NCBI GenBank assembly: GCA_051010095.1
Contig: JBPCVX010000019.1
Location: forward strand, 1 to 55,705
From: Hyphomicrobiales bacterium
Lineage (GTDB): Bacteria; Pseudomonadota; Alphaproteobacteria; Rhizobiales; CAJQND01
Direction of reading: 5' to 3'
DNA length: 55,705 nucleotides
In this document: positions 52,161 through 55,705 of the stretch, one piece after another
Layout of the letters: each line of letters starts with the position of its first letter
How positions within the stretch are numbered: position 1 is the first letter of the stretch
Notes under the pieces: model-generated
What the model was told of the DNA's origin: nothing
Database searches by the model: none
What the model saw: only the letters and a program-made list of their open reading frames with translations
Program-made: the position numbers and the translations under genes

Positions 52161-53552
52161 ATGTCCGAAACGCCGTCGGTGCCAACCGACCCCCCAAAGC
52201 CTCGCGAAGCGAAGTTCACCACCGGTTCCACCATGCGCCATGTGGTGGTTATGACACTCACCAGCTCTGTCGGACTTATGGCAATTTTTCTGGTGGATTT
52301 CGCCGACATGTACTTTCTCTCAATTCTTGGAGAGAACGAAGTTGCCGGCGCTATCGGGTTTTCTGGCGCGATCATTTTTATCAATCTGTCTATTGGCATC
52401 GGGTTGAGCATTTCAATCACCGCCCTGGTGGCTCAGGCGCTTGGAGCGGGCAAAGAAGGGCGCGCTCAGCGCCTTGCGGCCAGTACGTTGTTATTCGCCT
52501 TCTTGTTCACTTCATTGGTAACGCTCTTTTTGTGGATCTTCACTACGCCCATTCTTACCTTGCTTGGGGCTAAAGGAGAGACCCTGAAAATCGCTGAGTC
52601 TTATCTGCGCATCGTGATCCCGTCATTTCCACTTTTGGGCATTGGTATTTGTTTATCTGGCATTTTGCGTGCTTTAGGTGATGCCAAGCGTGCCATGTAT
52701 GTCACCCTATCGGGCGGTGTCACAAATGCAGTGCTTGACCCAATTCTAATATTCACCGCTGGGCTTGGCGTAGAAGGGGCGGCGATTGCCTCTGTGTGTG
52801 CACGCGTTGCAATTGTTATCATCGGCACACACGGCGCACATCACGTTCATGGTTTTTTGATCATGCCTAGCTTTGCAGCCCTCAAGCGCCATTTAAAGCC
52901 GATCTTGAGTATTGCTCTGCCCGCCATGGCAACACAGATCGCCACACCAGTGGGCAATGCCTATGTCACCTACGCCATGGCACCCTATGGCCCGGGCGCG
53001 GTGGCTGCTCTCGCCGTGATTGGGCGCATTGTGCCAGTGGCGTTCGGGGTGGTGTTTTCACTCTCGGGCGCGGTTGGGCCAATCATCGGGCAAAATTTCG
53101 GTGCCAAACGTTTTGGCCGCATCAAACAGACCTACTATGATGCCGTGAAATTTGGTGGTGTGTATGTGTGCTTCACTGCCGCCTTACTGTTTATCTTGCG
53201 CGACTATATAGCCCTGGCGTTCAACGCAAGTGACCAATCAGCCTATCTGATCAGCTTTTTCTGCACTTTCATCGGCGTTTCATGGCTGTTTGCAGGACTT
53301 CAGTTTGTGTCTAATGCGGCATTTAACAATCTTGGCCGCGCCCATTATTCCACATTATTCAATTGGGGAAAGTCAACGATCGGTACAATCCCGTTTGTTA
53401 TCGGCGGGGCAAGCTTATGGGGAGCACCTGGTGTTTTGGCCGGCCAAGCGGTTGGCCACGTTATATTTGGCTTGGCAGCCTTTATGGCGGGCCGACAGCT
53501 CATTTCAAAGCTTGCAAGATCATGTGCTGCCTACGCACCGCGTGGACGCTGA
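52161..53552 (+). CDS. MATE family efflux transporter
   Basis: 463 aa with about 12 TM helices in two repeated halves. The start lies 3 nt after the tldD stop. Confidence 0.8.
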   Translation: MSETPSVPTDPPKPREAKFTTGSTMRHVVVMTLTSSVGLMAIFLVDFADMYFLSILGENEVAGAIGFSGAIIFINLSIGIGLSISITALVAQALGAGKEGRAQRLAASTLLFAFLFTSLVTLFLWIFTTPILTLLGAKGETLKIAESYLRIVIPSFPLLGIGICLSGILRALGDAKRAMYVTLSGGVTNAVLDPILIFTAGLGVEGAAIASVCARVAIVIIGTHGAHHVHGFLIMPSFAALKRHLKPILSIALPAMATQIATPVGNAYVTYAMAPYGPGAVAALAVIGRIVPVAFGVVFSLSGAVGPIIGQNFGAKRFGRIKQTYYDAVKFGGVYVCFTAALLFILRDYIALAFNASDQSAYLISFFCTFIGVSWLFAGLQFVSNAAFNNLGRAHYSTLFNWGKSTIGTIPFVIGGASLWGAPGVLAGQAVGHVIFGLAAFMAGRQLISKLARSCAAYAPRGR

Positions 53553-53555
53553 GTG

Positions 53556-54752
53556 TTACACACTGAGCGAGAGACCACCCAACATTGCGAGCCCGAACAC
53601 ACACAACGCGCTCACCGCGCCCATGACCCACGACACACCCCCTGAGCGCTTGATTGCCTCCAGATAGGCATCAGCGTCTTTTGCCGCTGACATCTTTGAT
53701 CTGATGGTCGCATCTGCGTGTGACACATAAAGTGATTTTCCATACATGCCAGCGCAAATCATGATTGCTGCCAGCATAACCACGCCAAGCACTGGTTGAT
53801 AAACCATTGTCGCTGCCAATGTGATCAAGGCAAGCATTGCTGCGCGGTAGAGTTTGCGATACGCGAACCAGGCGATTGAAAACGTGAATGCAGGCATCGA
53901 CCAACCAGGTCGTTCATCTGCTTCCGACGTGCGCAACGCATACCAGGCGTCTGCATAACTGTGACCATTTGGACCTGCAAACATCGAGATCTCTTCGCGC
54001 ACTGGTTCTGTGTGCGCAGCACTCTTTCCATCAGGACGCTTTGCCGTAAGCCCAATCTCTGCTGCGGCATCAACGGCAATTTTTGAGGGGGAAAATCTCT
54101 TCAGGGTACGATTTAAGAACCCTCCTTCTTGGGTCATTTGAGGTAGCGGCTCTAATTCGGAGGTTTTTTCAATCACTGCTGTTTCTGTGGTCATTTCCAC
54201 CTGAGAACTTTCTAAGGTTGCGATAAAATCTTCCTCAACCGCGTCATCCACATTCGCGACCAAACTGGCGCCAAGTTCCTCGCAAACACGGTTCTCATCG
54301 ACCATGCCGTATGCGTCTTGCAGCACAACATTTGCATCAGCTGGCTCATCATCAAAGCCATTATCTTGATCTTCCAAATAAGGCTCAGATAACGCCGCTA
54401 ACGCATAGGGAATGCTGTGCTCTGGGGAAGTCCAGTCGTCCCCACACGGTTCCAATTCATCCGCCTTAGAAGAGCGCTCCGCTCCGCCAAATGCCGCTTC
54501 TAATGCTTGTGTTTGAACATGAACTGGCGAAGGAGGAGTTGTGGAGATACTTTCTGCATTTGCCTCAAAAAGTGTAGGACCGATTTCGTCATCTGTACCA
54601 TCAACGCTAGAAGATTGTTCGCTGCATTCAACCAACGCGCTGTTTTCAAGCGATAAATCACCTTCAAGTGGCTTTTTTTCGGCAGCAACACGCACCATTT
54701 CTCGCACTCCCAGCTTACGAATAGCTTTAGTTTCGCGCATTTCGTTTAACAA
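53556..54752 (-). CDS. membrane protein with a long acidic disordered N-terminus and a DUF2628-like C-terminal TM domain
   Basis: 398 aa. About 250 aa are rich in D, E, S, T and A. The C-terminal part is WSMPAFTFSIAWFAYRKLYRAAMLALITLAA... plus two further TM helices. Confidence 0.5.
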   Translation of the reverse strand: MLNEMRETKAIRKLGVREMVRVAAEKKPLEGDLSLENSALVECSEQSSSVDGTDDEIGPTLFEANAESISTTPPSPVHVQTQALEAAFGGAERSSKADELEPCGDDWTSPEHSIPYALAALSEPYLEDQDNGFDDEPADANVVLQDAYGMVDENRVCEELGASLVANVDDAVEEDFIATLESSQVEMTTETAVIEKTSELEPLPQMTQEGGFLNRTLKRFSPSKIAVDAAAEIGLTAKRPDGKSAAHTEPVREEISMFAGPNGHSYADAWYALRTSEADERPGWSMPAFTFSIAWFAYRKLYRAAMLALITLAATMVYQPVLGVVMLAAIMICAGMYGKSLYVSHADATIRSKMSAAKDADAYLEAIKRSGGVSWVMGAVSALCVFGLAMLGGLSLSV

Positions 54753-54831
54753 AATGCAAAATCAGACGTTTGACCTTGAAGCTTCTGATTACTATCTGTT
54801 AACCAAACCCATTTTTTGTGAGGAAATTCCT

Positions 54832-55689
54832 ATGGACCTTTTAGAGCTATTAGCCGCTGCGCAAGGCGGCAAAGCATATGCAAATGTTGGCCGTCAGTTT
54901 GGTCTGGACGAAGTACAAACACAGCAGGCAATAAATGCACTTGCCCCCGTTCTCGCTGCTGGCGTGCGCAAGAACATGGCACAAGAGCGCGGCTATGATG
55001 ATCTTATGTCGGCTTTATCCGATGGTCATCACCAGAACTTCTTTGATGATGAAAGAGCCGTGCAATATGACAATGTTATGGATGAGGGCAATCGCATGCT
55101 CGGACATGTTCTAGGCTCCAAGGAAGCAAGCCGAGAAGTGGCCAATTATGCCGCCGCGCAAACCGGCATCGGCGCTAGCATTTTGAAAAAGATGTTGCCT
55201 GTCGTCATTTCGATGATTTTAGGCTCACTGACCAAAGGCATGGCTGGTGGCAGCCAGCCGCGCCAGCAACAAGGCGGTGGCGGACTAGGCGACATTATTG
55301 GTGACATCCTGGGCGGCGGCGCAGGTCAGCAACCACAAACTGGCGGTCGCCAACAACAAGGTGGTGGTGGTCTTGGTGATATTATCGGAGATATTTTAGG
55401 CGGCGGTGCCAGTGGTGGTTCGAAGGGTGGTGGACGCCAATCTCCAGGTGGCTTTGGCGACATTCTGCGCGAAGTTTTGGGTGGTGGCGCAGGCGGCAGC
55501 TCTGGTGGTGGTGGCGTACAATATGACGTAAACGAAAAACCCGATTTCAATATTGATGAAACAGTTTTTCGCCAAGACCCACAGCGCGGGCGCGAAGTGC
55601 TAGATGATTTTCTAGGCCGCGGCTCTGACACAGGCACAGCTGCTGACGATCTGCTTAACTCGGTTGAGCGGGCAACGCGCGGAAGATAG
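54832..55689 (+). CDS. DUF937-like protein with Gly-rich tandem repeats
   Basis: The start is taken at MDLLELLAAAQGGKAYANVGRQFGL, with AGGA 7 nt upstream. The track ORF opens at 54541, but that part is antisense to the neighbouring gene. The C-terminal half contains GGGGLGDIIGDILGGG repeats. Confidence 0.6.
   Translation: MDLLELLAAAQGGKAYANVGRQFGLDEVQTQQAINALAPVLAAGVRKNMAQERGYDDLMSALSDGHHQNFFDDERAVQYDNVMDEGNRMLGHVLGSKEASREVANYAAAQTGIGASILKKMLPVVISMILGSLTKGMAGGSQPRQQQGGGGLGDIIGDILGGGAGQQPQTGGRQQQGGGGLGDIIGDILGGGASGGSKGGGRQSPGGFGDILREVLGGGAGGSSGGGGVQYDVNEKPDFNIDETVFRQDPQRGREVLDDFLGRGSDTGTAADDLLNSVERATRGR
55261..55413 (+). repeat. two 66-nt coding repeats (RQQQGGGGLGDIIGDILGGGA) separated by 21 nt
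   Basis: The copies lie at 55261-55326 and 55348-55413. They match at 21 of 22 residues, while 14 of 22 codons differ. A third, degenerate copy (GGFGDILREVLGGGAGG) follows at about 55448-55498. Confidence 0.85.
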
Positions 55690-55705
55690 CAGCTCCATTA
55701 AGCTA

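Noticed and set aside
54541-54831. The 97-codon N-terminal extension of the DUF937 ORF
   Set aside because: It is antisense to the 5' end of the DUF2628 gene and has low-complexity composition. The ATG at 54832 has an AGGA RBS and starts the conserved MDLLELL... sequence.
55417-55424. GGTTCGAA, resembling a tRNA T-loop
   Set aside because: It lies inside the Gly-rich coding repeats (GGSKGG) with no acceptor or anticodon arms around it. I found no tRNA genes in the window.

Overview
This 55.7 kb window looks like chromosomal core DNA from an aerobic alphaproteobacterium. The Hyphomicrobiales/Rhodobacterales-like assignment rests on synteny: ccrM, mutY-DUF721-dsbA-smc, atpIBEF'F, ispH-thrB-rnhA, and ialB-tldD beside the ctaCDB-ctaG-ctaE-SURF1 aa3 oxidase cluster. 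Coding density is very high. I see no rRNA, tRNA, CRISPR array, transposase, integrase or prophage signature. All product calls come from motifs read by eye in the ORF translations; no searches were run.

Main blocks:
- 1-11.5 kb: a one-carbon / quaternary-amine style locus. On the minus strand are metF, a small acidic protein, a pterin-binding methyltransferase and a RACo-like activase. Diverging from them are a non-pyrrolysine MttB-family methyltransferase, an SDR, a BKACE/DUF849 protein, moaB and a Tat-exported MBL hydrolase.
- 11.5-21.6 kb: a DUF2064/GT2 pair, a PA0069-type radical SAM protein, rnhB, ccrM, mutY, DUF721, dsbA and smc.
- 21.8-24.5 kb: the F0 ATP synthase operon.
- 24.5-29.3 kb: gcvTHP behind a tandem glycine riboswitch.
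- 29.4-33.9 kb: ispH, thrB, rnhA, a peroxiredoxin, a DsbD-domain protein and algH.
- 33.97-37.9 kb: a 1314-aa 7TM sensor-PAS-GGDEF(degenerate)-EAL protein with an unusual 366-aa tail.
- 38-49.4 kb: GNAT, M16 peptidase, thrC, M32 peptidase and the SURF1/cox cluster. This includes a 53-aa ORF that is missing from the supplied ORF track.
- 49.9-55.7 kb: ialB, tldD, a MATE transporter, an acidic DUF2628 membrane protein and a Gly-repeat DUF937 protein.

Nothing here is a clear-cut new system. The three best candidates for follow-up are:
1. The corrinoid-type methyl-transfer locus has no recognisable corrinoid carrier gene. Its three large enzymes all carry arginine-rich termini, and they sit beside a conserved acidic 99-aa protein.
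2. The c-di-GMP phosphodiesterase is fused to two helix-hairpin-helix-like modules.
3. The divergent DUF2628/DUF937 pair has extreme low-complexity regions.
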